Shown here piece by piece: positions 19,058-28,221 of a stretch of 64,000 nt of DNA (its first letter is position 1; each line of letters starts with the position of its first letter). Position numbers and translations under genes: made by a program. The notes under the pieces were generated by a model. That model made no database searches and was not told the origin of the DNA. It saw nothing but the letters and a program-made list of their open reading frames with translations. Where the stretch lies: positions 89,529 to 153,528 of the forward strand of contig JAKLIX010000010.1 in the NCBI GenBank assembly GCA_022709385.1, written 5' to 3'. Origin of the DNA: Bacteroidota bacterium. GTDB taxonomy: Bacteria; Bacteroidota; Bacteroidia; Bacteroidales; CAIXZF01.

Positions 19058-19323
19058 ATCAGCAACAGGGATCGTATGCGTACATTTTTTATTGTGACTA
19101 TTGGGTCACTACCTTAACGACGCCTGTGGTGTACCTCTTTTTCCGGTGAAAGATTTCCTGCGGGAAATCCCGCTGAGCCATGAACAGGTGGGCCTGAAGC
19201 ACGACCTTTGCCGTTCCCTTTCCTCAGCTGATGTATCGATCTCGCAATCATGGCGCTGTTTTTTTTGTAACTCTGCAGCATCCGGATATGTTTAAAGGAA
19301 TGTAGCCTTAGTTTACACCAAGG

Positions 19324-20730
19324 ATGAAAGGACTCCAGAATATTGTCAGGGACGATGTGATCTGTGCCCTTGCCACATCGCCGGGAGTGGGAGCTGTTGC
19401 CCTGATAAGGGTTTCCGGTAACGGCTGCCTGCAACTGCTTGACGGCATCTTCAGGGCTTCCGGCAAGGGCAAGCGCTTGCAGGAACAACCCGGATACACC
19501 ATCCTTCACGGTTGGATCATGGATGGCGATAGTCCTTTGGATGAGGTGCTGGTCAGTGTTTTCCGCTCACCGCACAGCTATACCGGAGAGGAAATGGCTG
19601 AGATCGGCATTCATGGATCCTTATTTATTCAGGAAAAGGTGCTTGCATTACTGGTTTCGCGATCCTGCCGCATGGCCGGTCCTGGTGAATTCACCCTGAG
19701 AGCCTTTTTGAACGGGAAGCTTGATCTTTCGCAGGCTGAGGCCGTCGCAGATCTGATCGCAAGCAATTCGGTCACTTCCCATGGCCTGGCCCTGAACCAG
19801 ATGCGGGGTAACTTTTCATTGAAAATAAAAGCGCTGCGGCAACAGTTGATCGACCTGGCCGCCTTGCTCGAACTGGAGTTGGATTTCAGTGAGGAAGAGG
19901 TGGAATTTGCTGACAGGGATCAGTTCATGGAGATACTGTCGCAGCTTGAGAAGGAGATCCGGGAACTGCTTCGTTCCTTTTCAACCGGCAATGTGATGAA
20001 ACACGGCATTCCTGTGGCCATCACGGGCAAGCCCAACGTAGGAAAATCCACCCTGCTGAATGCCATATTGAACGAAGACCGGGCCCTGGTTTCAGAGGTA
20101 CCCGGCACCACAAGGGATACCATCGAGGACATCATCAACCTGGGCGGCAACGTGTTCCGTTTCATTGATACGGCCGGCCTGCGGCATACCACCGACCATG
20201 TCGAGAACATGGGCATCGAACGCAGCAGGGAAAAGATCGCACAAGCCCACATTGTACTTTATGTGTTTGACATCACTGCCATAGAACCGGCAGATCTGCA
20301 GGAAGCCCTGCATGAGGTCGGGAGCTGGGCGGAGGAAAGAGAACTGCTGATCATTCCGGTTGCCAATAAAACTGATCTGCTGGTGGAGTCGCCGGCTCAT
20401 TTCGCCAAACTGGTGGAGATGGGGACGATCTTTGTTTCGGCCAAGCGAAAGGAGAATATCAACCTGATCCTTGAAACCCTGCAACGCTCGGCCATGAAAC
20501 CCGGAGGCAGCGACCAGGTCATCCTTTCCAGCAACCGGCATATGGAGGCCCTCGACCTTGCCCTGCAATCCCTGCTGGCTGTCCGGGATGGTTTTCGTAA
20601 TCAGCAGCTTCCCGATCTCATCGCGGCCGATCTCCGCCTCGCCCTCCATCACCTGGGTACCATCACCGGTGAGATCGTCCCCGACGATATCCTCGGTTCG
20701 GTGTTCAGCAGGTTTTGTATCGGAAAGTAA
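19324..20730 (+). CDS. mnmE: tRNA modification GTPase MnmE (TrmE)
   Basis: G-domain GKPNVGKSTLLN, DTAGLR and NKTD, with the C-terminal FCIGK tetrapeptide motif. Confidence 0.9.
   Translation: MKGLQNIVRDDVICALATSPGVGAVALIRVSGNGCLQLLDGIFRASGKGKRLQEQPGYTILHGWIMDGDSPLDEVLVSVFRSPHSYTGEEMAEIGIHGSLFIQEKVLALLVSRSCRMAGPGEFTLRAFLNGKLDLSQAEAVADLIASNSVTSHGLALNQMRGNFSLKIKALRQQLIDLAALLELELDFSEEEVEFADRDQFMEILSQLEKEIRELLRSFSTGNVMKHGIPVAITGKPNVGKSTLLNAILNEDRALVSEVPGTTRDTIEDIINLGGNVFRFIDTAGLRHTTDHVENMGIERSREKIAQAHIVLYVFDITAIEPADLQEALHEVGSWAEERELLIIPVANKTDLLVESPAHFAKLVEMGTIFVSAKRKENINLILETLQRSAMKPGGSDQVILSSNRHMEALDLALQSLLAVRDGFRNQQLPDLIAADLRLALHHLGTITGEIVPDDILGSVFSRFCIGK
20713..20730 (+). repeat. 18-bp direct repeat, left copy (last 18 nt of mnmE including the stop)
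   Basis: TTTTGTATCGGAAAGTAA is identical to 22309-22326. Confidence 0.7.
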
Positions 20731-20755
20731 ATATCATTGATAACGATCTGTTTTA

Positions 20756-20857
20756 ATACCGACACGAAATGAGTTTGCGAAGAAATTGCGATACAAGGGT
20801 GTACTGCATTACTCATGCTAAACAGCTTTGCATTCGCAAACCATTCCGCGTCGGTAT
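20756..20857. mobile_element. MITE-like 102-bp element with 17-bp imperfect terminal inverted repeats
   Basis: Left end ATACCGACACGAAATGA; the reverse complement of the right end is ATACCGACGCGGAATGG. There is a subterminal inverted repeat GTTTGCGAA/TTCGCAAAC. A related inverted copy lies at 38605-38691, and terminal fragments lie at 55078-55106 and 57437-57465. Confidence 0.5.
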
Positions 20858-20896
20858 AATTTCAAATCAAGTTAATAAAAATGACCAATCAATAAT

Positions 20897-22000
20897 ATGA
20901 TGGCGCTTCATCCTGAAATACCAAATAATGAACTGCCTTTGTTGCCACCCGACAGGGATGCAATTGAAACCAAAGCCATTTTAAGGCAGGAAAGCAAGGC
21001 AGCCGTTGCACTGGCTGAGTTAAAAGGTTTGGCGCATACACTGCCAAACCAGAATATTCTTATCAATGCAATTGTTCTGAAAGAAGCTAAAGCTTCATCC
21101 GAAATTGAGAACGTGATAACCACCCACGATTCATTATACCAGGCATTAACAGCCAAATCATTCAAACCCGATTCTGCCACCAAAGAGGTGCTTCGCTACC
21201 GGGAGGCCTTGTTTGCAGGTACTGAGTTTATCCGCAACAACCGATTTTTAAGCACAAATGGCATCATTCAGGTACAGAATATTCTTGAAGGAAACACCGC
21301 AGGGCTTCGCCAATTGCCCGGTACAACCTTAAAAAACGATGTCACCGGAGAGACAATCTACACCCCACCCGATGATAAAGATGCCATTAAAGAGCTGATG
21401 TCTAATCTGGAGAAATTCCTCAATATAGATGAAGATGATGATATTTCGCCACTCATCAAGCTTGCGGTTCAGCATTACCAGTTTGAAAGCATCCATCCAT
21501 TTTATGATGGCAACGGCAGAACAGGTCGAATAGTAAATGTCCTTTACCTGATGCTGAAAGGCTTATTGGATAGTCCGATATTGTACCTCAGCGGATTCAT
21601 CATTCGTAACAAAGGTGAGTATTACCGCCTTTTAAGAGATGTTACTTTTAACTCTAATTGGGAACCCTGGGTACTTTACATTCTGAAAGGCATTGAGCAA
21701 ACTGCAGCAGAAACCATCGGACAGGTAAACAATATTAATGGCCTGATCCTCGAAACCATAAACATTGTAAAGGAAAAAACACCTCGTATTTACAGTAAAG
21801 ATTTGATTGAGATACTTTTTGAACAGCCCTATTGTAAAATTGATTTTTTGGTAGACAATCTAAAAATTGAAAGAAAAGCAGCATCAAGATATTTGCAAAG
21901 TCTGGAAGAAACAGGTATTCTCACTGTTCAGAAAATCGGTCGGGAAAACATTTACATCAATACAAAACTGTTTGAATTGTTGAAGGGAAATAACAAATAA
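20897..22000 (+). CDS. Fic-family protein (AMPylase type, class II auto-inhibited)
   Basis: Canonical Fic motif HPFYDGNGRTGR. The N-terminal inhibitory-helix motif SSEIEN fits (S/T)xxxE(G/N). The C-terminus is winged-helix-like. Confidence 0.85.
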   Translation: MMALHPEIPNNELPLLPPDRDAIETKAILRQESKAAVALAELKGLAHTLPNQNILINAIVLKEAKASSEIENVITTHDSLYQALTAKSFKPDSATKEVLRYREALFAGTEFIRNNRFLSTNGIIQVQNILEGNTAGLRQLPGTTLKNDVTGETIYTPPDDKDAIKELMSNLEKFLNIDEDDDISPLIKLAVQHYQFESIHPFYDGNGRTGRIVNVLYLMLKGLLDSPILYLSGFIIRNKGEYYRLLRDVTFNSNWEPWVLYILKGIEQTAAETIGQVNNINGLILETINIVKEKTPRIYSKDLIEILFEQPYCKIDFLVDNLKIERKAASRYLQSLEETGILTVQKIGRENIYINTKLFELLKGNNK

Positions 22001-22213
22001 CATGACCCAAGATGGTACTCATATTTAAAACGTGTACCATAATTTTATTTTTTGGTACACATAAAAAGAATATGAGACATTTTGGTACAGATACAAAACT
22101 ACTGATAATGAATAAATTAAAGGTAAAGCAATTGAAAATGTTGAATCAGGACAATAATCAGGACATGCTGTCCCGATTATCAGAAACAAGGGCAAATTCC
22201 CCAAAATTCTTCC

Positions 22214-22221
22214 TATCTTTG
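22214..22221 (+). promoter_or_regulatory. -7 box TATCTTTG
   Basis: Matches TAnnTTTG, 120 nt upstream of the ATG at 22342. It lies inside the segment bounded by the 18-bp repeats. Confidence 0.3.
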
Positions 22222-22308
22222 CATTACGATTTCAGTTGATATTTGATTTTTTGTTGCCCATTCGTTGCTCAAAATACATAATTAACTGATAATCAATATC
22301 ACTTTACA

Positions 22309-22326
22309 TTTTGTATCGGAAAGTAA
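22309..22326 (+). repeat. 18-bp direct repeat, right copy
   Basis: TTTTGTATCGGAAAGTAA is identical to the mnmE 3' end at 20713-20730. Confidence 0.7.
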
Positions 22327-22341
22327 TCAATACCCCTGTAG

Positions 22342-22644
22342 ATGGAACAAAACTCCCAACTTCTTGGAGAGATTGCGCAGATACTGAATAAGATGAACAG
22401 GCAGGAACTGCTGTCGGTGAATAAGATGCTTATCCAACGCATCAGAATACTGGATGAGATCAGGCTGCTTTCGGAGAAGGCAGGCTTTCAGGTTGGATGC
22501 AGGGTGTCATGGACCGACGGGGAGGGGATGCTCCGAAGAGGGACTGTCGCCCGGATCAATCAAAAAACGATTTCAGTGATTGAGGACGGGATTACCGACG
22601 GGAGATGGAAGATTTCAGCTTCATTGCTGACGAGGCTTCCTTAG
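22342..22644 (+). CDS. Hypothetical 100-aa protein
   Basis: ORF followed by a strong hairpin. No recognisable motif. Confidence 0.4.
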   Translation: MEQNSQLLGEIAQILNKMNRQELLSVNKMLIQRIRILDEIRLLSEKAGFQVGCRVSWTDGEGMLRRGTVARINQKTISVIEDGITDGRWKISASLLTRLP

Positions 22645-22648
22645 TAAA

Positions 22649-22685
22649 AAAACCGGGATTCCACTGTGGGTGAAATCCCGGTTTT
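22649..22685. terminator. Bidirectional terminator hairpin between convergent genes
   Basis: aaaaccgggatt / aatcccggtttt, a 12-bp stem with a 13-nt loop. The A-run and T-run flanks let it work in both directions. Confidence 0.65.
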
Positions 22686-22716
22686 CTGCTGCAAGGCAGC
22701 TGTATTCAGAGAAACC

Positions 22717-23712
22717 TTACGGAGTCACATAGTCATATCCCATGATCTCTGTGTCTTTCCAGGTGGTGAGACCGGCAGTGGTCATCAGGTCATAGATCAT
22801 TCCGTTTGCCCCATAAAGCAGCGATTTGGCATCGTAGCCCAGCAGCCTGAGATAGAGCGCCAGGAAAGCGCTGGTCTGGCCGGTGTAGCAATACACGACC
22901 ACGGTTTTGTCGGTGGGCAGGGTTTTGAGGGTGGTGGAGAGCTTGAGGGATTCTTTGGGGGTGTACTGCATGGCGCCGGGGATGTGGCCGGGATTATTGT
23001 AGTGGGCTTCGGACCAGTAGTTCACGATGTAATAATTCGAGGTATTGCCGAAGACGGTTTCCTTGGTGATGGTGGCGGGAGTAAAGCCTTCAGCCAGCAT
23101 GGCAGCGACACGGGCTTCGAAAATTTCGGGACCGGTGGTTTTTCCGGTACTGAGCACGGGAAGTTCGTTGGCTGCTCCTTTGGCGGTGGCAGTTGTCACA
23201 AACTGTGAAGCATAGGTGTTGCTGATGTTGTTTTTCCACCTTGCGGCAAAGTCTTCATGCCAGGAGCACATGCCCCATTTCATGGAGAAGACCTTTGAAT
23301 AACCCAGCAGGCGCAGCAGGCTGGTTGCCCAGCCGGCGGTCTGGCCGGAGTAGCATACGATGGCCACCTTGGTGTAATTGTTCATGTTGATGCCTTTCAC
23401 GTGGTCCACGATACCTGCGAGGGTCACGTTCACGGCATTGGCAATGTGCCCGGTAGCGAAATCGGCGGCAGACCTGATGTCGATAATGTAGATCTGGCCG
23501 GTTTCATTCAGGGTTTTCACTTCGGAAGCAGCGATGATGGAAGGCAGGTCGGTGCTGACATAGTCCTTGCCAAGCGGAGAATCCGATGATTCGAGGTAAT
23601 TGACAAGAACCTCCGATTCATTCACGGCGGGGTCGTCATCGTCCTTTTTACAGGAAGTTACAAATACGAAGGCCAGTAAAAGGCCAAGCAACCATAAATT
23701 GTGTTTTTTCAT
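22717..23712 (-). CDS. Tandem rhodanese-domain lipoprotein
   Basis: MKKHNLWLLGLLLAFVFVTSC lipobox. Two rhodanese modules carry active-site loops CYSGQTAG and CYTGQTSA. ATG 23712 is chosen because the longer ORF would overlap the cytochrome gene. Confidence 0.8.
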   Translation of the reverse strand: MKKHNLWLLGLLLAFVFVTSCKKDDDDPAVNESEVLVNYLESSDSPLGKDYVSTDLPSIIAASEVKTLNETGQIYIIDIRSAADFATGHIANAVNVTLAGIVDHVKGINMNNYTKVAIVCYSGQTAGWATSLLRLLGYSKVFSMKWGMCSWHEDFAARWKNNISNTYASQFVTTATAKGAANELPVLSTGKTTGPEIFEARVAAMLAEGFTPATITKETVFGNTSNYYIVNYWSEAHYNNPGHIPGAMQYTPKESLKLSTTLKTLPTDKTVVVYCYTGQTSAFLALYLRLLGYDAKSLLYGANGMIYDLMTTAGLTTWKDTEIMGYDYVTP

Positions 23713-23762
23713 AGAGATGTTTCTGATTTGGTTTAACATATTTACTTTAAAGAAAGTCTGAT

Positions 23763-25115
23763 TTAACGGAACCAGCCGGCCGGAAGTTTGCCATCGACCG
23801 TGATCCAGGCAGAGGCACCCACTTCCCAGGCAAGCAGGTCGCTTTCGAAGAGGTATAGTTCTTTGTTTATCAGGGTGCCGTTGTCGTTTCTGATATGGCA
23901 TTTTGATGAACAGGAGGCGCCAGCTTCGACCTGGGTGCGGTCGGTCCAGCGCAGCAGGTTATGAGGGGATGTGTAGTTATAAGTTGGTAAGGCCTCGAAG
24001 TTGGCATAGAACGGCACACCGTATTCTGTCCAGTTGTCGGGTGCGGCCAGGGTACGGCGTACCAGGGTGAAATCGAAGCCGGTTTTCAGGTTGGGGATGG
24101 GGTTGACTGCGATTTTAAACCCGAGATAGGCCGGAATCCTTGCCCCTTCACCATGAATATGACAACTGCCGCAATTGTTGTACACCTGGGAGTGGCAAAC
24201 CTGACAGTTAAAATCCCGGTAGTGGGTGGCATGATAAGTATTGCTTGTTTCCAGACCGCTATGGCAGTTGTCGCAACTCGGAAGTTTTGAATAAGCATAG
24301 CGTTGATCCACCTTCTTCCCGTCACCGTGCAGTTCTGCTCCGCTGTGGCAATCCATGCAGTCGAAACCTGCTTTGGTCAGGTGGGCATCGGGTTTGGTAC
24401 CGGCAGCCACACCAAGGTAGGCATGTCCGCCTCTGGAAGTGTGGCAGGCCACACAAACGGTGATCATGTCGGGTTTTTTGGTGAACATATGTCCGTTGGC
24501 CAATCCGCCTCCGCCGATGGGTGGCCGGACAATATGACATTCCCCGCAGGAGGCATGGCAGGTCGCGCAATTCTTGTTATAACCTTCTTTCTGATGTGCC
24601 GGTAACTGTTCGAAATCGTCTGCACCGCTAAGCCCGCTCCGGATCGCCACTTTCCGCTTTTGTCCTGTCCCGTTGTGCAGACTGGTGCCAAATCTCTCCA
24701 CAATCTCACCGTGGCAGTTCTTACACAGGTCCTTGTAAAAAACAGAAGGATGCCTGATAAAATCACCGGAATGGGCAATGTTTTTATCATCTGTATTGTC
24801 CACCCCTTTGTGGCAGCCTGTACAGCCGATGCGGTAGTGGGCTGATTGTTTGTATGCTTCATAGCCTGTCCCTCCCATGAAAACCCTGTCGTAAGGCTCA
24901 TAGTGAGGGGCTGAACCGCCACAGCCGCCCGCAGGTTCGGTAGTGTCCGGCGAATAGACTTTCTGTAAATGCTTGTAATTGGTATGACAACCTTCACAGG
25001 AGGCCACAGTGCCGATGGCTCCGTCTTTCAGGGGATGATCCTTTGTACAGGCATAAATGAAGATACCCAGTAATATGGCTGTCAAAGGCAACAGGATAAT
25101 GCGTCGGATTCTCAT
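23763..25115 (-). CDS. Multiheme c-type cytochrome lipoprotein (10 CxxCH plus 1 CxxxCH)
   Basis: Lipobox FIYAC. Heme sites are CEGCH, CTGCH, CKNCH, CATCH, CGECH, CVACH, CMDCH, CDNCH, CQVCH and CGSCH, plus CSSKCH. Confidence 0.85.
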   Translation of the reverse strand: MRIRRIILLPLTAILLGIFIYACTKDHPLKDGAIGTVASCEGCHTNYKHLQKVYSPDTTEPAGGCGGSAPHYEPYDRVFMGGTGYEAYKQSAHYRIGCTGCHKGVDNTDDKNIAHSGDFIRHPSVFYKDLCKNCHGEIVERFGTSLHNGTGQKRKVAIRSGLSGADDFEQLPAHQKEGYNKNCATCHASCGECHIVRPPIGGGGLANGHMFTKKPDMITVCVACHTSRGGHAYLGVAAGTKPDAHLTKAGFDCMDCHSGAELHGDGKKVDQRYAYSKLPSCDNCHSGLETSNTYHATHYRDFNCQVCHSQVYNNCGSCHIHGEGARIPAYLGFKIAVNPIPNLKTGFDFTLVRRTLAAPDNWTEYGVPFYANFEALPTYNYTSPHNLLRWTDRTQVEAGASCSSKCHIRNDNGTLINKELYLFESDLLAWEVGASAWITVDGKLPAGWFR

Positions 25116-25270
25116 ATTATAAAAGTGTTATAAGTCAATGTAAATGCAGCACAAAGTTCTTCAGAATGCGTGAATTGGCCAAGGGTGCCCTATTGACCTA
25201 GACTGCCCTTAAAGCTGATGCCGGATAATGAAAATCATGATTTGGATCAGGCTTTATGCTGATTTATTTC

Positions 25271-25291
25271 TATCTTTGTACAATTATACAA
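25271..25291 (+). promoter_or_regulatory. -7 box TATCTTTG overlapping the palindrome TTGTA-N6-TACAA (possible Crp/Fnr-type site)
   Basis: tatctttg at 25271-25278 and ttgtacaattatacaa at 25276-25291, 12-25 nt upstream of the crp/fnr-like ATG at 25304. Confidence 0.35.
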
Positions 25292-25303
25292 TGTGGATGA
25301 AGC

Positions 25304-25996
25304 ATGACGCGTGAGAATTATTCGAGTTGTACCATCAATACCAGACCGTGTTTTCCTTTCGGGAAGCTGACGGCTGAGGAACAGCAGTTGCTGGACGAGC
25401 GGACAAGCAGGATCAGGTACAGCAGGGGAGAGTTGATCTGCAAGGCAGGAAGTTTTGCCTCCCATGTGATGTATGTGGAAAAGGGCCTGGTGAAGGTATT
25501 CCTCGACAACGGGAATGACAGCCTGGTATTGAAGATCATTCCGGAGGGAGGCTTGCTGGGTTTGTCTTCTGTCAGCATGGAAACACCCGTCTTCCATTAT
25601 TCTGCCATGGCCTATATCGATACCGAAATCAAACAGATCGATATGTCCCTGCTGAAGCAGTTGCTGAAGCAAAACCACGATTTTGTGATGGAGGTGATCG
25701 ATATTTTAAGTACCAACAGCGTGCAGATCAACGGCAGGTTTTTCAGTCTTACCCATAAACAATCATACGGCCGCCTTGCTGATATTATCCTTTGCCTTGC
25801 CGACAGGGTTTTCAAGTCGTCGGATTTCGAACTGGCACTGTCCCGCAAGGAACTCGGGGAGCTTTCAGGCATGACACCCGAAACCGTAATCAGGATGCTG
25901 AAGCAATTTCAGGAAGAGGGCCTCATCCGGATGTCCGGCAAAACCTTTACGGTAGTTGATTACGATAAACTTCGCCGGATCAGCGAAACCGGCTGA
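25304..25996 (+). CDS. Crp/Fnr-family transcriptional regulator
   Basis: A cNMP-binding-like beta-roll followed by the C-terminal HTH SRKELGELSGMTPETVIRMLKQFQEEGLI. Confidence 0.85.
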   Translation: MTRENYSSCTINTRPCFPFGKLTAEEQQLLDERTSRIRYSRGELICKAGSFASHVMYVEKGLVKVFLDNGNDSLVLKIIPEGGLLGLSSVSMETPVFHYSAMAYIDTEIKQIDMSLLKQLLKQNHDFVMEVIDILSTNSVQINGRFFSLTHKQSYGRLADIILCLADRVFKSSDFELALSRKELGELSGMTPETVIRMLKQFQEEGLIRMSGKTFTVVDYDKLRRISETG

Positions 25997-26171
25997 CAAT
26001 AGCAGGGTATCCACAGGCGATTTTTCTTTCAGCCTTAAAAGTCATGTCTTGGTAGAGAAGCATGAGGCGTTGACCGATTTTAGGATTCTTTAACACATTG
26101 AGATAAAACAGAATGGGTAATATTGTGTTCTCATTTTTAATGTGACACATTAATCCCATATTTTAAATATT

Positions 26172-28085
26172 ATGAAAAAACAAGCATTCATGATGATGGC
26201 AATTGCCCTGATTGTGCTGGCTTCTGCCTGCAAAACCGAAAAAAAGGAAGCGGCTGCGCCTTTTATTGAAATGGAAAAGTTCTTTAAAAATGGCGAAAAA
26301 TCAAGTTTCCGTATTTCACCCGATGGAAAGTACTATTCCTACCGCTCTGATTTTAAAGGGAAAATGAACATTTTTGTTCAGAAGGTCGGCGACACTGCTG
26401 CGGTCAGGGTCACGAGCGATACCATGAGAAGCATCGGCATGTATTTCTGGAAAACCGACCGTATTGTTTACCTCCAGGATGTGGGAGGCGACGAGAATTA
26501 CCAGATCTTCAGCGTCAACACTGAGGGTACCGACCTGAAAGCACTGACTCCCTTCCCCGGCGTCCGCTCCGGTATCCTCGATGCCATGCGCTTTGTCCCC
26601 GGAAGGGAAAAAGAAATGCTGGTTACCATCAATAAAAGGGATCCCCAGTATTTCGATCCATATCTGCTGAATATCGAAACCGGTGAGCTGAACCTGGTCT
26701 ATGAGAACAAAGAAAACTTCGATGGCTGGTATACCGACAATAACGGGATCATCCGGATGGCTTCCAAAACAGATGGGGTGAACGTCACCTACCTTTACCG
26801 TAACAATGAGCAAGAAGCTTTTGCAGAGCTGCTTACCACCTCTTTTAAAGAATCCTTCTCCCCGCAAAATTTCGATGCCGACAATAAAAATCTTTACGTA
26901 CTATCGAATATCGGCAGGGATAAGGTTGCCCTGGTTGAATACGACCCGATTAACAAAAAGGAAGTGAAGGAGTTATTCTCCAATCCCGAATTCGACCTGT
27001 CCTATATTTTCTATGATGAGAAAAGGAAGGTGCTGGCCGCCGTCATTTGGTCTGCCGAAAAGAGCGAGATCCATTTCTTCGATCAGGAATGGAAGAAGAT
27101 ATACGAGGGGCTTCAGGAACAGTTCAAGGATTATGAGATTTCCCTGGCCGGAAGTGATGACGCACGGACCACCGGTATCCTGAGTGTCCACAGCGACAGG
27201 CTGCCCGGGAAATATTATGTCTATGATTTTGCCACCTTGAAGACCACGGAGGTGGCCAACCCCTATCCCTGGATTGATGAAAACCACATGGCCTCCATGA
27301 AGCCGGTGAAATACACCACCCGCGACGGCCTGACCATCCATGGTTACCTGACCCTGCCCAAAGGGGTGGAAGCAAAGAACCTGCCGGTGGTGGTCAATCC
27401 GCACGGCGGTCCCTGGGCCCGGGATGAGTGGTATTATAACCCCGAAATCCAGTTCCTTGCAAACCGCGGTTATGCGGTATTCCAAATGAATTTCCGCGGA
27501 AGTACGGGCTACGGAAGGAAATTCTGGGAGGCTTCCTTTAAGGAATGGGGCAAAAAGATGCAGGATGATATTACCGACGGTGTGGAATACCTTGTGAAAG
27601 AAGGAATTGCAGATCCAAAACGCGTTGCCATTTACGGTGGCAGTTACGGAGGATACGCTACCCTGGCGGGGATTACCCTTACTCCCGATCTGTATTGCTG
27701 TGCCGTGGATTATGTCGGGGTTTCCAACCTCTTTACTTTCATGAATACCATTCCTCCTTACTGGAAACCTTACCTTGACCAGTTTCACGAAATGGTCGGC
27801 GACCCGGTGAAAGACAGTGTCATGTTGAGAGAAGCCTCACCGGTATTTCATGCCGATAAAATCAAAGTTCCTCTCTTTATCGCCCAGGGCGCCAATGACC
27901 CCAGGGTGAATAAGGCTGAAAGCGATCAGATGGTGGAAGCCTTGAAGGCCAGGGGAATAGAAGTGGAATATATGGTAAAGGATGATGAAGGTCACGGCTT
28001 TCATAACCAGGATAACCAGTATGACTTTTACGGTGCTATGGAAAAGTTCTTCGATAAGCACCTGAAACCTGCCAAAACGGAATAG
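26172..28085 (+). CDS. S9-family serine peptidase (prolyl oligopeptidase/DPP type) with beta-propeller N-domain
   Basis: Lipoprotein signal LASAC. Nucleophile motif GGSYGGY, with the Asp and His regions QGANDPRV and DEGHGF. Confidence 0.85.
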   Translation: MKKQAFMMMAIALIVLASACKTEKKEAAAPFIEMEKFFKNGEKSSFRISPDGKYYSYRSDFKGKMNIFVQKVGDTAAVRVTSDTMRSIGMYFWKTDRIVYLQDVGGDENYQIFSVNTEGTDLKALTPFPGVRSGILDAMRFVPGREKEMLVTINKRDPQYFDPYLLNIETGELNLVYENKENFDGWYTDNNGIIRMASKTDGVNVTYLYRNNEQEAFAELLTTSFKESFSPQNFDADNKNLYVLSNIGRDKVALVEYDPINKKEVKELFSNPEFDLSYIFYDEKRKVLAAVIWSAEKSEIHFFDQEWKKIYEGLQEQFKDYEISLAGSDDARTTGILSVHSDRLPGKYYVYDFATLKTTEVANPYPWIDENHMASMKPVKYTTRDGLTIHGYLTLPKGVEAKNLPVVVNPHGGPWARDEWYYNPEIQFLANRGYAVFQMNFRGSTGYGRKFWEASFKEWGKKMQDDITDGVEYLVKEGIADPKRVAIYGGSYGGYATLAGITLTPDLYCCAVDYVGVSNLFTFMNTIPPYWKPYLDQFHEMVGDPVKDSVMLREASPVFHADKIKVPLFIAQGANDPRVNKAESDQMVEALKARGIEVEYMVKDDEGHGFHNQDNQYDFYGAMEKFFDKHLKPAKTE

Positions 28086-28114
28086 CTAAAGCTGCAAAGC
28101 AATGTTTTATCCGG

Positions 28115-28148
28115 AGTGCCCTGCAGTGTGATTTAACTGCAGGGCACT
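28115..28148 (+). terminator. Terminator hairpin after the S9 peptidase gene
   Basis: agtgccctgcag / ctgcagggcact, a 12-bp stem followed by ttgcgtttt. Confidence 0.55.
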
Positions 28149-28170
28149 TTGCGTTTTACGGCTAAAGAAA

Positions 28171-28178
28171 TACTTTTG
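28171..28178 (+). promoter_or_regulatory. -7 box TACTTTTG
   Basis: Matches TAnnTTTG, 43 nt upstream of the ATG at 28222. Confidence 0.35.
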
Positions 28179-28221
28179 TCTATCATATAATAGGATTGTT
28201 CCGAAATCAAAAGGAGTAACC

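Noticed and set aside
19058-19323. Possible structured ncRNA (SRP/6S-like) or small ORFs in the arsR-mnmE intergenic region. It has the hairpin gatttcc-tgcg-ggaaatc and a T-run at about 19258-19266.
   Set aside because: I could not match the conserved SRP domain IV or any other known RNA motif by eye. ORFs 19101-19295 and 19114-19509 lack coding features and overlap mnmE. The region is left unannotated. A Rfam/Infernal scan would settle it.
22012-22239. 75-aa ORF downstream of fic (a possible Fic partner or antitoxin)
   Set aside because: It has very AT-rich, low-complexity translation, and the region is dominated by inverted repeats. The Fic protein already carries its own inhibitory motif, so a separate antitoxin is not required.
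22666-23208. 180-aa plus-strand ORF
   Set aside because: It is antisense to the tandem rhodanese gene. It has Gly-rich, low-complexity shadow composition.
23713-23901. N-terminal extensions of track ORFs: 23901 rhodanese, 30099 TonB-like, 10763 GH57, 5529 MTAP, 14240 lipoprotein
   Set aside because: The extensions overlap the upstream gene or precede a clean signal peptide or conserved N-terminus that starts at an internal ATG. Several of them begin with non-ATG codons.
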